Assembly (NCBI RefSeq): GCF_036321535.1
Contig: NC_087436.1
Span: 106,392,001 to 106,456,000 of the forward strand
Origin: Camelus dromedarius
Taxonomy: Eukaryota
Direction: 5' to 3'
DNA: 64,000 bases
A program made the position numbers and the translations under genes. Positions 47,401 to 61,901 of this stretch are shown in pieces. Every line of letters begins with the position of its first letter. Positions within the stretch are counted from its first letter, which is position 1. Below the pieces are notes generated by a model that was not told where the DNA came from, made no database searches, and was given only the letters and a program-made list of their open reading frames with translations.

Positions 47401-50400
47401 TTTATGGCTGTCATAATAACCCCCGATACAGTCAGGCAGCGGTGACCCTGTCCATCACTCACCTGCACACTATTCTTGAACCAGTGGATGGTCCCTGAGT
47501 GACCAGATTAATTGTGCCTGTGTTGGGCCTTTCCACACGACCTTTCATCCAGTAGCATAAAAGCCGATTCCAGGCTGTGTGCAAGCTGGCTGCCCGGCCG
47601 TCTCCATGTCCTCCATGGGGCCAGGCAGGGGACAGGAGAGTATCAATGCAAATAAAGTGCGAAGCACTGAGAGGAAAAGGTGTGCAGTTGGGGGTGGTTC
47701 TCAGAAATTAAATCTATCCTCCTTTGAGGGCTAGTGGAAGTAAGTCTTAAGAAGTGAGTCAGAAGGAAATTTTCCATAGACACAATTTCCATAAACTGTG
47801 TTATAACAATGTGCTAGACTAAAGGCTGATGGCTGTTTGGGTCTGTGTTCACTTGGAGCCTTTACTGGGCAAAGGATAAACTATTAAATCCCTAAATTTA
47901 AGAAGGTATCAGTGGCCCCTCTTAGGCACAGAAATGAGTATTTTTTTCAGGTATACAAAAGAGCATCTTTTCCTCCTTGTGGAGGTCTTTGCAGGGTGGC
48001 CATAGTGTCTCTCAAGCTAGATTACAAACTGCACAAGGGAATGGATGTGTACACCTTAAGTCGTTGTCTCATCACCTTCTCAGTGCCCAGCGCAAAGCCA
48101 TGCATATTAGGAATTCCATCTCTGATGTCTGTTAATAGATTTACAGTGGTTCTGTCATATCCTGGGAGAGGGGAAGAGGGAGAGAGAATAAAATGACCTT
48201 CCCAGCCATTCAGACCAATCATGCTAAAAATAAGACTTCTCAAAGATCTGAGAGCAAGAGATGGTTTGTAAACAGAGCCAACCGTGACAGCAGTATGTGT
48301 GCACCTGCCAGAATGGCTGTGAACTCACCTTCTACTTCACCGGGATTTGCTCCACAGACTAAGATATGTGGGGGTTATAGTGGCAGTCGGGAGCCACGTG
48401 GCTGTGTTAAGCCAGTGAGTGTTGCCACATAAAGAACCCATTGTACATCTGCCATGGGTGTCTTCCTCCATCCGGCTGAAGAGGGAATATTTCTCACACT
48501 TGATGAAGAGCTAAAGAATTGGTACCTCTATGGAGGTTCCAGAGCATCAGTGTAACTCTGCCTCTGTCCGAGGGACCTGGGAGCGCACAGAAACGCATGG
48601 CCACAGGTCCCCAGCCTTCAAACTCCTGCAGATATTTTGTTTTTGTTGTAGTATTTTTATCAAAAATTGCAATGAAAGAATTCACCTGATGTGGAAAAGT
48701 GATTGCCCTGTTGCACAGGTTTACGGTACCATAGTTCTATGGCAGTTACCTGACTTCTTGGAAGAATCAAGCCCAGGGGCTAGAAGGAAGTGGTGGGGTG
48801 GTGAAGGAAGCCTGACTGCCTAATTTCCCAAGGCAGTCAGGCTTTCCGGAAGTTGTGAATGTTTGGGCCTTGCTTTTGTTTAGAGGCTGGGATCACGGAA
48901 ACCTGGGTACAAAAATAGCAAAGAAAAAAGGACCCCCTCAACCTGAATTTCTTACTAGTTTCTGTACAGCTATTGAATTCATGGTCATCTTTGCTATTTT
49001 AGCAAAGACCTCAGTGAGCTGTCTTGGTTTAAAAGGGTTTAAAAGGCAACGGTTTACCCAGCCCATGTAGGTAACCGTTTAGGCTGGCACGTGTGTTAAA
49101 ATTCAGTCTGCCCTTATGCAAAATGCCCTAATACAGGAATTTATTGTATTCTTTCTTAAGTTGACCCATTTCTTGACCATTTAAAGTGCATCAACTATGT
49201 GCAAGGCACTAAGCTGGGTGCTCAGAGTACAAGGGTGCATTATGTACATAATAAGACACAAGACTTGGTTGTCTTGTGAAAAGACACTTAAACAACAAAT
49301 TATAAGGTAATGGGGTGGATTTTGTGGCAAAGTGGGAAATGAAGTGCCATGAAGACACAAACAGAAGAGTAAAAATGTCTGCTGAAAGGATGAAAAGGGA
49401 GGAAAGTTTACGAGTGCTGGTAGGTTACTTACTTGCAAGACTTCAGACGGTAAACATGCCCTTATCTATTTATAAAATGTATCAAAGTGCATCGCTCATC
49501 TCTTAGGAGGAAAGCAGAATGATCAAGAAAAAGGATGCACACAGTAGGCTCTTGATAACATTTAAAAAATGAATCTGCCTTCTAACCAGGCCTTGCTACG
49601 TCACGCGTGGCAGTCCGCTAGCTCGTGAGATTTTAACAAAAGCAGCAGAATTAAGGAAGAATTCCTCAGTCAAGCACCCTCAGCGGTATCTCTGAGAGCA
49701 AATGTGACAAATAGAATCAGAAATGACTTAAATAGCGACCACAAGCCAAACTTAAAAAAAAAAAAACCTTGAAAAGACCAAAAATGGAAACATATTACAG
49801 TTATCTGCATTCCCAGTACAGAGCAAGTTTGTTCGTCTTTAAGATAATTCTCTAGTGCCTGCTATTTTTAGACCAAGGGTAAGCTCCTTTAAGAGTCTTT
49901 TGGCATTGCATCCCTTTAACCTGGCCTAACAAACTAAGCCAATAAGCTGTCTGATTTTCCTCGTCCGTCCGGGAGGAAGAAAGATAGCTAAAACAAACCA
50001 TTTTCGGGGAAAATGTTCAGCCTATCTTGTATTAAGAGCTTTTTTCATATAGAGTTTTAAAATATCCCAATATTAAGTGTTGCTGGTCAGAGACCAAAAT
50101 GTCAAACTTTGCTGTTTTGAAATTGTAGGCTCATGGTTATAAAAAGAGGATTTTATAGGCCAGTCTAATGGAAATAAACATTACTCCATTACCTTCAGTA
50201 AAACCAAATCTTAACAGTTCAAGCTATCGTTATTAATGTCTATGAGAAGCAAGAAACGTTTCCAGGGGGGTTTATTTATTTATTTTATTTATTTTTTTTT
50301 AGGCAAAGAAAGACCAGCGAGCTGTACCATAGCAAATGAAAGTTTTCTTAAAGCTTTCTCCTCAGTGACTTTGCAGTGTGTAATTTAAAAGCAGAAAGCA

Positions 50401-50559
50401 AAGAAAATGCAGTTTTAAAACACGAGGCTGGCTGTTTCTGGTATCTTTGTTTCTTAGATATTAACAACTCTTTGTGAGACTGTTGCTCTGGCGATTCTTG
50501 TCTGTCTGTCTCTATAAAGTACGTACAGCTTTATCAGCTTTCTATTGTTCACAATCGTA

Positions 50560-50560
50560 T

Positions 50561-50605
<45 letters not shown>

Positions 50606-50608
50606 TGT
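50560..50608. repeat. Interrupted (TG)n microsatellite
   Basis: Read directly from the sequence; pure core ~50568-50598. Confidence 0.95.
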
Positions 50609-50999
50609 CTGGAGGCATGGGTGTAAGATATCTGTTTAAATCATATAACCACAGGACCACAGGTGTGGATTCCAACCCTTAACAATGGATTATCTTTTAC
50701 CCAGTTCATCCAAAAGAATGCTGCTAACCATCAAAGTTCAAGCTTGTACCCAGATGGACCAGTTTACTGAAAATTCAGAAGACTGATTTTGCCAATTCAG
50801 TATGTGGTTGATTTTAGCCACAGATGTTACCGTCAGACAATGGATAGCTGGATACTTATGGAGTTCATAGTGTACGAAGGTGTTATGCCAAGTGTGGTGG
50901 CAGGTAGAAAGGTGTTTAAGGCAGGACCTCAGTTCTCAAGGCGACTTGTCACTGAGTTGCAGAAATAGATAACCACGCCCACGCAGTGGCAGTTGGAAA

Positions 51000-53170
51000 T
51001 GTTAAGGACATTTATAGAGATCCTTCTATGTCCCAGATACCATGTCTAGGTTTCCTCTCTTCCAGAGTGATTCTACCTCAATTACCAGTCTTCTCATAAA
51101 CATTTCATCAGGCCCCTGATAAGTGCCCCGCCGCTCTTCTTGGTTATGCATGGTTTGTGTCTTCCTTCAGATTATGGATTTAGGAGTTAGTATTTAACCA
51201 GAACTCAAACTCCCTGGTTCCCATCGCTTCTCCTCAGTGTCAGTAGGATGGAATTGCCATTTTCAAGCAGGAAGAGTCAGAAACACTGGCCAGTTGCGTG
51301 ACCATCTCCAGGATATACTTGCTTTCTTGAGATGCTCTATTGACTGTTAAATGACCACACTGTGCCTGTTTCTGCAGAGCACTGGTGGGATCTGGGTATT
51401 CTTTGCCCTGCAATTGCGGTCTGCTGCCAACGAGGTCTGCTGTTTTGTGCTTGGCAAGCTTGCCCCTGATCTTTAGTCCCCTTTAAGACCGGCTGTTAAT
51501 CTTTAGCACAGGCTGACTCTGCAACACGGCGCACACCAGGTTGCCTAACTTCTTGTTTGTGTGCTCCCAGGGATCAGAAACCAGTTTGCTGTTTTTCCCC
51601 CAAACCACGAGCCTTGGGGTCACTGCCTCTGTCTCCCTGTCCTCTGCTGTCCATGTTCAGTCTGTGGCTAAAAACTGTTCTTAGGCGAATGTTCATGTCT
51701 TCCTCCATCATTTCTTTTTAACTCTCATCAACTTGTCCTTAGTGGTCAGAGCCTCCTTTACTACCTCCCTCTCCCCTCTGGCAGGGTCATTCCCAGCTAC
51801 TTCTGAAGGCATCGTATGCTGCATATGCCCTATTTGATTATGAAACCCACAATTGTGTTTTAGACTCTTCTGCACGCCTAGAACTTTCCCAGAAACTACG
51901 ATGCATATAAAAGAAGTATATGGACTTTAGGGATTATCTTGCTTTGGGAATACAGAGATTTATGAGGAAACAAGACCTATGCGTGGGACACAATTGACAA
52001 TGGGTGCAAAGTGGACGGTCATTCAACAAAGCCCTATTCCAGGCACCATGTAAAAAATACGAATCAGTGATCTAGCCCCTGTGTTCAGTTTCCGTCAGAA
52101 ACTAATTGTCCCACGAGGGAACATGTGACCATTGACATGAGGTTAGCAAGCTCCTAACAGTTCTAGGATTGGGAAGACATCCATAGGACCTGTGGGGGTA
52201 GAGAGATGCCAGGCTCATGGAGGCAGCCTTCTGAAATAGATCTTCAAGATGGTGAGAGATTTCCTTTGGCAGAGAGGAAAGGGAAGTATTTCAGACATCA
52301 GTTTTCATCTCATTGTTTACTTACCCCATGTTTCTTTACCACCTACTATGTGCCAGGATTTATGCTAACTGTTGGCATAACAAACTGGATAGAACAGAGA
52401 CCCAAAGTAAGAGGAAAGTCATATGCGAGGAGGGCCCAAGGAACGACTGGGAAATAAGAACTAATCTAATTGGGTAGATGAGAAAGCAGGTACAAGTGAA
52501 TAGAATCTTAGAATTGTACTAAATTAATATGAGGAGACCTTAGTCTAGCAGTAGGGAAACTGAGGCCCCAGCACAGTAGTGGATGTAGTTAACGGACGTG
52601 TGTAATGCGTAAGAGCCGTGGGTCAGGACAAGCAGCGGGCAGACGAATGACAGGGCTTGTTAGCGTGGAAGAAGTGTTATCTTGCACAGAGCTTGCAGGC
52701 AGGGCCCCGGGGGGGAGGCTGCTGTGGTTTTTCAGGCTTGAGGTAAGAGGGCTTGAATTAGGAAATGATGGTGACAATGAAAGGAAAGGGTGGATGTGGG
52801 AGACTTTGTGAAGAAAGAATCGATGAAGATCTTTATCACAACAGGTGATAGGTTCGATGCTGTGGTGAGAGAAAAAGGAGTAAAAATGGCTGTGGTTTCA
52901 AGCCTGGGTGATTTGGGGGACTTTGGAAAATAAGAGACTTAGGGGAGGGTGTGGTTCGGGAAGGGAGCCAAGAGGAAGGATCTAGAAGGTAATGTGTGTA
53001 GACGGCAAAGCACGTGGGGCGGCTGCTCTTGGAAGTCTGCAAAAAAGCTCTCCTAATAGCTGAGCTTGGAAGCAGTCGTGGAAGTTTTCATGAGGATGGG
53101 TGTCTTCAAGGAGAGATTTGTTCAGCAGACACGGTGAGGGAGGGGTATCAAGATTCCCCTTCGACTTACT
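51000..53170. mobile_element. Cluster of degenerate L2 (and MIR) fragments in both orientations
   Basis: L2-like pyrimidine-rich segments (51000-51900), antisense L2 motifs such as ACCTACTATGTGCCAGG (52340-52360), and purine-rich internal L2 sequence (52740-53170); boundaries approximate. Confidence 0.5.
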
Positions 53171-55884
53171 GAAGACTTTTCGTTTTTGCTTAGAGGTCAT
53201 TAATTTGCCAGGCTTTCTCTTGCCAATAGCGATAGTAATGATGGGTATTTTTATGTGCTAGACATTGGCGCTAAACATGTTTTAATGTAAAAAAAAGAGT
53301 TTAATTCTATATATTTAACTTACTATATATAAATAAATGGGCTCGTCTAATTCCCCTAATCTCCCTGATGGGTTGGAAGTATTACTTCATTTTACTTCTC
53401 AGCAAGTGAGGTTGAGATGAGTAACTTGTCGAGGACCAAGTTACAAAAAGTGGCCCAAAGAACTAAGATTGCCTAACTCCAAAACTTGCATTTTTCACTG
53501 CTCCCTTCTACTGCCTCTTGCTTAATACCTCTACTGCTAGGCTCTAAGCTCCTCATCCCCTCCTACTCCCAGCCTTTTTCAAATTTTCCAAATGCCTGGG
53601 ATTATTTCTGTCCCCTTGTTTGCAATGCTCCTGAATTTTAAAATCGCAAGAACCTCTCAACTTCAGGAAGTGTTCCCTGATTAATTCCACCTCTACCTCA
53701 ACAGCTTCCAGAGCCCAGATCGAGTCTTGTTCGAGTAGATTTCATGTTAGTTATGGAGAGATCAACAGGAATCCATCCTGCCACAGCCTGGTCAGCAGAC
53801 TGGAGTTTCTGTCCTACTGCCCGTGGATCCGAAGATGTTTTCATTCGCAGAGGACTGTACTCGAAAGCGTATATTAAAATTGTGAGGCCAGGGACTATCT
53901 GTGATAGTCCTTGTCCCCACTGTGTATATTCCTGATACTTGTTGACTGATGGACCAATATTTTTGTTGGCATTTGGCTGAGAGGAAGGCAATTACCAAGT
54001 ATTGATAATGCATCCTAAACTTGACTTTAAAGTTCTTTATTGAACTCTTGGGCATGTCTTCGTAAACTAGATTTGGTAGAATATGCCTATAAGTCTCCTG
54101 AAAGACAAGTTTAGTGGGGAATATAACTCTTTTAAAATGCAATTGAAAACTGGCGCGTTCCCCCAAATAAACTATTTCTTACAATTGCAGTGAGCTCTGA
54201 TCATTCTCCTTCCCTTCGTGGGCATCAAATCATTTTGCATTTGTGGCTGTGCGCTTTTTTCCTTAATAGTTTGGCTTTTTGTGCTCCTGGGTTAAGGAGT
54301 AAAACTGTACCTTATTCGTCTTTTTTCTTATATATAATGCCTCACACATGATAGGAGCTCAGTAAATACATGTCATAAGACTGTTATTCCCTCAGCTTAA
54401 TTTTTAAGTAGAGATGATGATTTTTATTTCTTTTGGTTCCTGTGTTCTCTTAGAAGTTCTTCAGCTCTTAGTTCAAAATTCTGTACACAAGAGGTACTCG
54501 GGACTGTCTAGTGAACGAATTAATGACATTTTGCTTGTGCTCTTCTGAACCATCTTGGGAATATTTTTAGGGGACTGGTAGAATTACCTGGGGAACAGGA
54601 TCTCTTGAGGAGCCGCCAAGCTGGGTCTAGAGACAGGATCAAAATCTTTGGTTAGGCCAGTGATTCCCTCTCAGCTAGTTTATTCTTTGTTTCGAATAAT
54701 ACAGGTTTTTGTGCACTGATGTTTAGGATAAAGTGGTGCCCATTTTGCATTTCTGGTTACGTTTACAAAACAGTGTTTTATTGCTGCCTAAACACGAGAG
54801 TGCTCACAGCCACTCCGACTGCAGCTCACCGAGGAAGGACTGTCATGTGGACTTGCCCTTCATTTGAAATATGTTGTATTTAAAGGTCATGGTGTTCTGG
54901 TTTGGGTAGCAAATTATTGATCAGGGTATTATGGTAACAGTTATACTGCTGATTGGATGGAGATAAATACCCAAGAACGCAACTGGTATTACTACCAGGC
55001 GCCACTGTTATTCCTGGGAGCCTGCTCATCCCAGGAAGGCTGAGTGGTCAGTCAGTGAACATCATCAGGCAGAGTGCAAGCCAGTGGTGCGCAGCGCCCT
55101 CCCAGCACCACTATGTGGATGCTGGCCCTCATTTTGTCCTGCATGCACCTTTGTTATTCTTCATTTAGAATTCTTTGACTTTTTAGAATTCTTCTGTTGC
55201 TCCCCACAACTTCTTTTTTTCTTCTCGTATTAACACTCGTATTTTCATCCGTTCTGGAAGGCTTATGAGGAGCCAATATCATTGCATCTAATTCCTCCCT
55301 CTTGAATTTAATGGTGCTTCCTCTGATATCATCAGGGAATTCTTAATTATCTAACATGGACGTCCTTCATCAGATCCCCACTCTTCTGGAATTTTCTGTG
55401 GCGTTTGAATATTCTCCATTGGCCGGGATGCAGTAAAACTCTTTGCTCCCTTGGTATTTTACTTTAAATGGCTTAGTTGCTGTTATTGTTCCTATTTGTA
55501 GTCTCCTGATTATCTTCCTGTTTCTCCAAACACATCTTTTCTCTTTCCTTTGCTTAGAAAATCCTGAAGTCACCTGTCTCTTACACTTTTGACATGCAGG
55601 CAGACCAGAGCTAATTGTTCAAGCCAAAGATCGCATCTGAACTGGCTCACAGGTGGCTCTGTTGATCGTGTTGGCATCACCTCTGAGCTGAGCCTTGCCT
55701 GCTCTGACATTGGGACCGGCATTTCAAGCACTGTCACTCTTCCCTAATTAACAGAGGCAACCGGAGGAAGAGTGGTTTATGAAATGATGCTTGAGCAGCC
55801 TCCTAGTATGACTTTGTTTCCGGGGAAGACCATAGAGGGGATAATTTGTTTGAAGAGTGTACTGGAGTGTGCTGGTATTAAAAG

Positions 55885-56062
55885 TTATAGTAATACCTTA
55901 ATTTATATTTATAACTACATTAATTTATATTATATAAATTTATATTTCTATGTTAATTTATATTTATGTTATGTTAAAAAATATAAATATGTACCTTAAA
56001 TTTATATAACTTATACTTCTATAATTACATATTTATATACCTTAATTTATATTTATATTACA
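55885..56062. repeat. AT-rich degenerate minisatellite
   Basis: Exact 21-mer ATACCTTAATTTATATTTATA at 55893-55913 and 56037-56057, with several AATTTATAT variants between. Confidence 0.85.
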
Positions 56063-58899
56063 ACTCACAGAGTCAGTCCATCCATCCAACTTTCACTAAT
56101 TCTTCCTGCCTTCCTGAAAGGACTAGAAGGCAAGTGTTGTGTCGTGTGGGACTCAGTCTCAGGATGAAGAGGCTGCCAGTCCACAAGCTAGCAATAGTAG
56201 CGGTGACATCGGACTCTCAATCTTCTCTCTCGATTTTAACATATTATCTCTAAAATGGTATTTTTTCATATGTACAAAGGGACTATGGAAAACGTACAAA
56301 AAAACGAATGAGGGTCCTGTCTCTTCTTCACAAGAGGAAATCAGGAATGAGAAGGCCTCACCTACGTTCCTTGATATCGGCAACCTCCTTCTTCTCTGTA
56401 TCCCAAGACCCTGCGGGCGTAACAGAACGATCGGGGGCTTTAGGGGCTGGAGTCAGACAGGCCTGGGTTGAAATCCCAGTTAACCACTTACGTGCAGTGA
56501 GACCATGGATACGTGTGCATAACGTCTCAATTTCTCCTTTTCTGTAATCCTGCCTGCCTCGTATGTATGGCAAAAATTACTGATAACTTCTTACATGTGA
56601 AGAATCTGCCGGGTGCTAGGGAGTCAGTAGTGAACGAGGGCATAAAAAGTCCTGCCCTCCTGGAGCTTGTGTTCTAGTGGGCTGTGGTTAGGATTAAATG
56701 GGATAATGCAACGGAAGTGCTTTGCACAGTTTCTAGAACATAGAGGGTATGCCAGAAATGATTTTTAACATATAAAAAGTTTATACATGGCTGGAGGTGA
56801 TAATATTTGTCTCACCCGTAAAGGCAACTGTGAAGATAATAAATATAATATGAATAGAACCTTTACTTTTCCAAGAAATCAATCTATTCCATGGAAACCA
56901 TTCAGAATTTAGCTGTAAAGTTGGGATTTATAATTTGGGTTCTTTGGTTGTAAACAACAGAAAAAATAAAAACCAGAAAGAGTCAACTGCCAAGCAGAAG
57001 ACCTTAAGGATGTCAGTGGCTGATGGAATTGATGACAGGGTGTTGAACTGAGCTTACAAGTCTTGGAACAGAGCGACAGGAGGATTCTGATCACAATTCA
57101 CATTTTAATAGTTTTCCCCTGGGTTCTGGTGCCAGCCCCTGGGTGGTGAGCAGAAAGTGGGGCTTTTGCCTTCTGGCTCTCAGGGGGTAGCTGGTGGAGA
57201 AGGGATCATTTTGGTAAAGGAAATTGTGACGCTGCTACAAACGTACTGGGAAGTCAAGAAACAACACATGATTAGCTGTGGCTCCCAAAGGTGGTTGGAG
57301 GATCTTGTCAGCATGAAGTGCTTGATGTTAAGGAAAGGAACGGGGTGCTGGCTCCCAAAAAACACAGCAAGACTCCCCCCACCCAATGGCTCTCCTCTGC
57401 AATCCAATGAATTAAAAATAATACCAATATTTTAACTATTTGTGCCTTCAAAATATAAATCTATATTCATATATACGTATATACACGCACTATGTGTATG
57501 TGTATTTTATGAAACCTTGCTCTGACATTATTTGCCAAAGGTGAGCTCTCCGTCTAGTGGTCTGTACATCTTATTGACATTTGGCAGTTTGTGCTCTTTG
57601 CCTTTTATAGTGGTTCCAACTATAAACACATAAAGAACATCAGTGATGAGCATCTTCTGTGAACCCAGTGGTGCTGGCTCTGGGCACACGGAGGGATGTT
57701 ATATTCCATTCCATACTCACACATGTTTGCTATCCCTGAGAATCATGTATGTGTCTCTGCCAAGAAACATTACTCTTCTCATTAAAAAAAAAAAAAATTC
57801 AAATAATACATGTAGAAATAATGTCAGGGAAGTGCATATTTCCATGCTTGTACATAATTCGTAGTCAATCAGTGGCCATTTGTAGGAACACTCAATACCC
57901 CAGACCTCCTGGGTAGCGCTGTAAAGCCCAGAGTGTCCTTGGGAACAAAACTGCAAGAGAATTCTGGGCAAGATTCAAATTTTGGGGGGGAGTGTCCAAC
58001 AGCCTGCCCCTGGGCTCTGTGCCAGCCGCTGAGAGATGAGGGGCAAAGTGAGATTTCTGCCTACTGACTTCCTCGTGTGCATCCAGTGGGCATCTTTAAT
58101 CCCAGGTAAATTCCACGAGGGAGGGGCCATCGCTCTTTTATTCACCGCTGACCCTGTGCTTAGCACCAATCATAGTACACGGTAGGCACCTATGAAATAT
58201 TTGTTGAAAAAAATGACCAAATTGGGAGGCTCTACACAGAGGCCAAAGGGAAATGACTAAGCTCCTTGCTTGAGTGGCCATCATTAGTGTATAATTTCCC
58301 AAAGCAGTCCTAGAACGGGCAAGACGTTTAATCTCAGTTATGAAATGTAACCTTTGGAGGGAAGACAGGCAACCACAGTGTGACTTCTCAGCTTTGAGCA
58401 CGGCCTGGGCTGCTCTCTGATGTGGCTGAGGAGAGCCAACAAGCAAAGGCGTTTTGTATGTTAAAGTGAACCACGTTTAGTCAATGATGTTGGCGATGAT
58501 TAATGAGTCCAGGGTGAGAGAAAACCAAAAAGCAGTGGCCTCTGCTGCCACCCAAATTTCGACACAGAGAATCTTCTCTCAGAATACCGGTTGCAGAAGT
58601 TCAATATTTGGCATTTTCAACAACAGCTGTTCGATTTTCTTTAGGTCTCTCGTGGCACATTCCGGAAGGGCAGAAAGCTCCAATATATGTTGTCTGAGCA
58701 ATTTGGGGAGGGTTGGCGGATAGAGATGTTTTTTATTTTATATTCTAACTATGTAAGACACTTATATTATACTTACCTAACAAATTTCCAGATACCACTT
58801 TATTTTGGTTCAGGGTGGGAGAACCCGTTCATAGTTAGATGTTGAACGAGGCTCATGACATAACATAACTTGCTCAGTGGTTATTTATTGTGGTTACAC

Positions 58900-59280
58900 T
58901 AGGTGCCAGGTCTGGTGACCCTTTGGGTTTCTCTGTGTGTAAGTTGTACTGTTTTGTTTAGATTAGCAAATCTCTCTGTCCATCTCTTTGCTTGCCCAAT
59001 TTTTTATTATCCTCCAGACTTTCCCTTCTACATCACCTTCCGTAGAGCATCTCCCTCTGGTACCCAGGGCATCCAGGCACCTCTGCTGTGTGCCTTAGAG
59101 CAGCTGCACTTTCCCCCATGATTTCTCAATCTGTCTGCTGCTAATCTATTCTGCCTCTCCCACTAGATGGGAAGCTATTCCAGGGTCTGAGCTGTGATTT
59201 TAACTAACACAGCGCCATTATCTAACTCAGTGTCTGAAATGCAGTGAGATCTTATTACGCATAGGTTGAATGAGGAAGGC
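58900..59280 (+). mobile_element. L2 LINE 3' fragment
   Basis: CTCCCACTAGATGGGAAGCT...CAGTGTCTGAAATGCAGTGAG...GTTGAATGA resembles an L2 3' end. Confidence 0.55.
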
Positions 59281-60719
59281 ATTAAAAAATCCGAAATTAT
59301 TTTTGGAGTACATTCTGCAAAGGTAAAATGCTAGGTTTTTGGAGAACCATCGAGCATGAGTAGGTAGTTGCGTGTCCTAAAGGAGCTTACAGTTAACTCA
59401 TCCATTCTTGTTTTTTGACAAGTGCTTTCTAAATGCCTACTGTGTTCCAGGTCACTATTTGGAGGTAAAGATGGGTATTAAATAGTAGGTTCAAATAAGA
59501 CAAAGAGAACTGAAGACCGGCATCATGGGGGAATCACTTACAGAGACCGGTGAGATATTCAAACCTATGTTATCTTGACATCAGGCCCTTCTTTTTCTCC
59601 TCCTTTCCCTTTTTCGCACTTTCACTCATTCATCCATCTGGGATTGATTCAATGTCTGCTGTATCAGACACTCCGAATACAAAAATAAATGGCACACCCC
59701 TGCCCGGAAGATACACACGTTTAAACATTTTCTAAGACGAGCCCTGCTTTTGAGCTAAACATTTTAGTACAATGAATATTATCGGTATTAAAACACAACT
59801 TTATGACTGACGTTCAGATAATGAACTAAAGGGTGTAAATGACAGCAAAAATGTGTATGGTTATTTTTTATTGTTGATGGAAAATGCCAATATGTGAAGT
59901 CTTTTATTTATTTTTTTTTTAACTTTTTTTATTGATTGCAAAACCTTTTATATGGAGTTGATAGGCTTCTGTTACATAACTAACATCAAAGGACGCATAC
60001 TTCCCCCCCCCCCATTGTGGGTCTCCGTGTTAATGCTAGATCATTCTAACTTGTATACATGCTCTTCTGGCTTTACTGGATTTATAATGGCAAAATACGT
60101 AAATAAAATAAAACTATATTTCTACATTTGAGTGAAAGGTAAATAGATTTTTAAAAAGTAAATGAAAATAAAGCTCAACTTTGTGGAGCAAAAGTACCTT
60201 CATTCATAGAGTTTTTCCTTTTTTTTTTTCCTCAAACTATGCTTCTTTGCTAAGCCTGGGGAGTTATTTTTCTGTCTGTCCTGTCTGTCAGGCCAGACAA
60301 GTTGTGAGGCCATTGGAAATGTGTTCGTGTTTCTGGTAATTGGATAGGTTCATAATCAATTTGACTGTGAAGCCTTCATTCACAGGTCAGAGGGAAAACC
60401 TAGCTGTCTTAATACACCCAGACATTAGGAGGGGTCTGTTTTATAATAGTTGTCAAAGGCTTTTCCATGACCAAAAGAATGTAACTATGCTAAAAATGCT
60501 ATGACTCTGATAAGCAATCCCTTGCCCGGATTCCTGGCAACATTATGTAAAACTAAAACTGATTCTCTCTTCTCAAAACGAACCCTCCTCAGTATCCGAA
60601 TGACTTATCTGATACTTGTCCTGCATACATGGCCTTGTGGAGTTAGTTGTATTTTCATTGTTCCCATCCGAGTTCCTTGACTAGATTATAAACTCACTCA
60701 CTGAGGACAACAAAGATAA

Positions 60720-60970
60720 CATTTAATTACTGAAAGCCTCTCGGCGGTAGGCGGTATTATTCTAAGCACTTTACATGTGTTGATGCATTTCAGCTTTACA
60801 ACAACCTTGAGGCAGATTGTTTTGTAATTGTCTCCACCGTAGATGGGGAACTGAGTTGCAGAGGAGTTCAGCAGCTCGCCCCAGGTCCCCGACCCTGGTA
60901 CGTGTCAGAGCTAGGGTCCATGCCTGCGCTGTCTGACACCAGCTCCTGCGTCCTTAGCCACTCCATTGTA
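60720..60970 (-). mobile_element. MIR SINE
   Basis: CTAAGCACTTTACATGTGTT...ACAACAACCTTGAGGCAG...GTAGATGGGGAACTGAGTTGCAGAGGAGTTCAGCAGCTCGCCCCAGGTC. Confidence 0.8.
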
Positions 60971-61899
60971 TGACATCTCTAGCTGTCTCATGCTTTACTG
61001 CATGATGGCTCATACATAGAAGGGGGGCCAGAAAACAAAATGATTGATTCATCAAATAGTTTTCCAAATGTTTTCATAATTTTATCAAGTTTGATATATC
61101 CTTCTGGATAAAGGATATAAGGCAGGTCTTACCTTAATATCCTGGGGAGTTTGAATAAGGAGCAGGGATCATTTCAGGTACAGCGCAATAATTTTCTGCA
61201 GAAACCCCTCCTCAGGATCACCATGGAAAATGCATGGTGGCTGCGTGTTCATCAGGTTCAGCTGGGGACACGTGGCTGACTCCCAGATTTGAGATTCATC
61301 TCGTTACTTTTCCTCCTCAAAATGTTATCTCATTTTTTTCTGAGGTGGCATCGTAGATCTAACGGGAGCTCTTTCTTTTCATCTGTTTAATAAATAGTAA
61401 TTCTTTGGCCCATTGCAATAGAGCCTGTAAGGCATCACCACCCTAATGTAAATATTGCTTTTATGCTGAATTTTCTGTGCCACTCATCTTTCTTACACAC
61501 CTCTCATGTTCCCCGTCCTGAGAGATGTTTTAGGGCATGTCTTCCACCAAAGATGACTGATCCCCTCTTTCTGTACTTACCTTTAATCAAGCGATGACAT
61601 TGTAAGTAGTTAAAAGTTTTGACTTTGTCTTTGCTTTCTATAACGAAAATCCTCTTTTAATATAGAAAACTGATACTCTAAGTTATAAATACTTCGATGA
61701 AAAAAATAATCTTTATGAATCCCTTATACAAAAAGGAAAACCTGTACATGGAGATCTATCATAGATCCAGAATAAAATTAACAAATAATTTTGCTTGTGA
61801 TTACTTCCTGTGGATCATCCTGTTAATCTGCCAACACCACAGCACACTGTTAATTCCTTGAGGACAGTTCCAGTCTAGTTAAAAGTTAAAAGTGTGCCA

Positions 61900-61901
<2 letters not shown>

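Noticed and set aside
57545-59175. CTCF-like CCACTAGA motifs (57553 region, minus strand; 59160 region)
   Set aside because: Partial matches only, one inside L2; no support from sequence alone.
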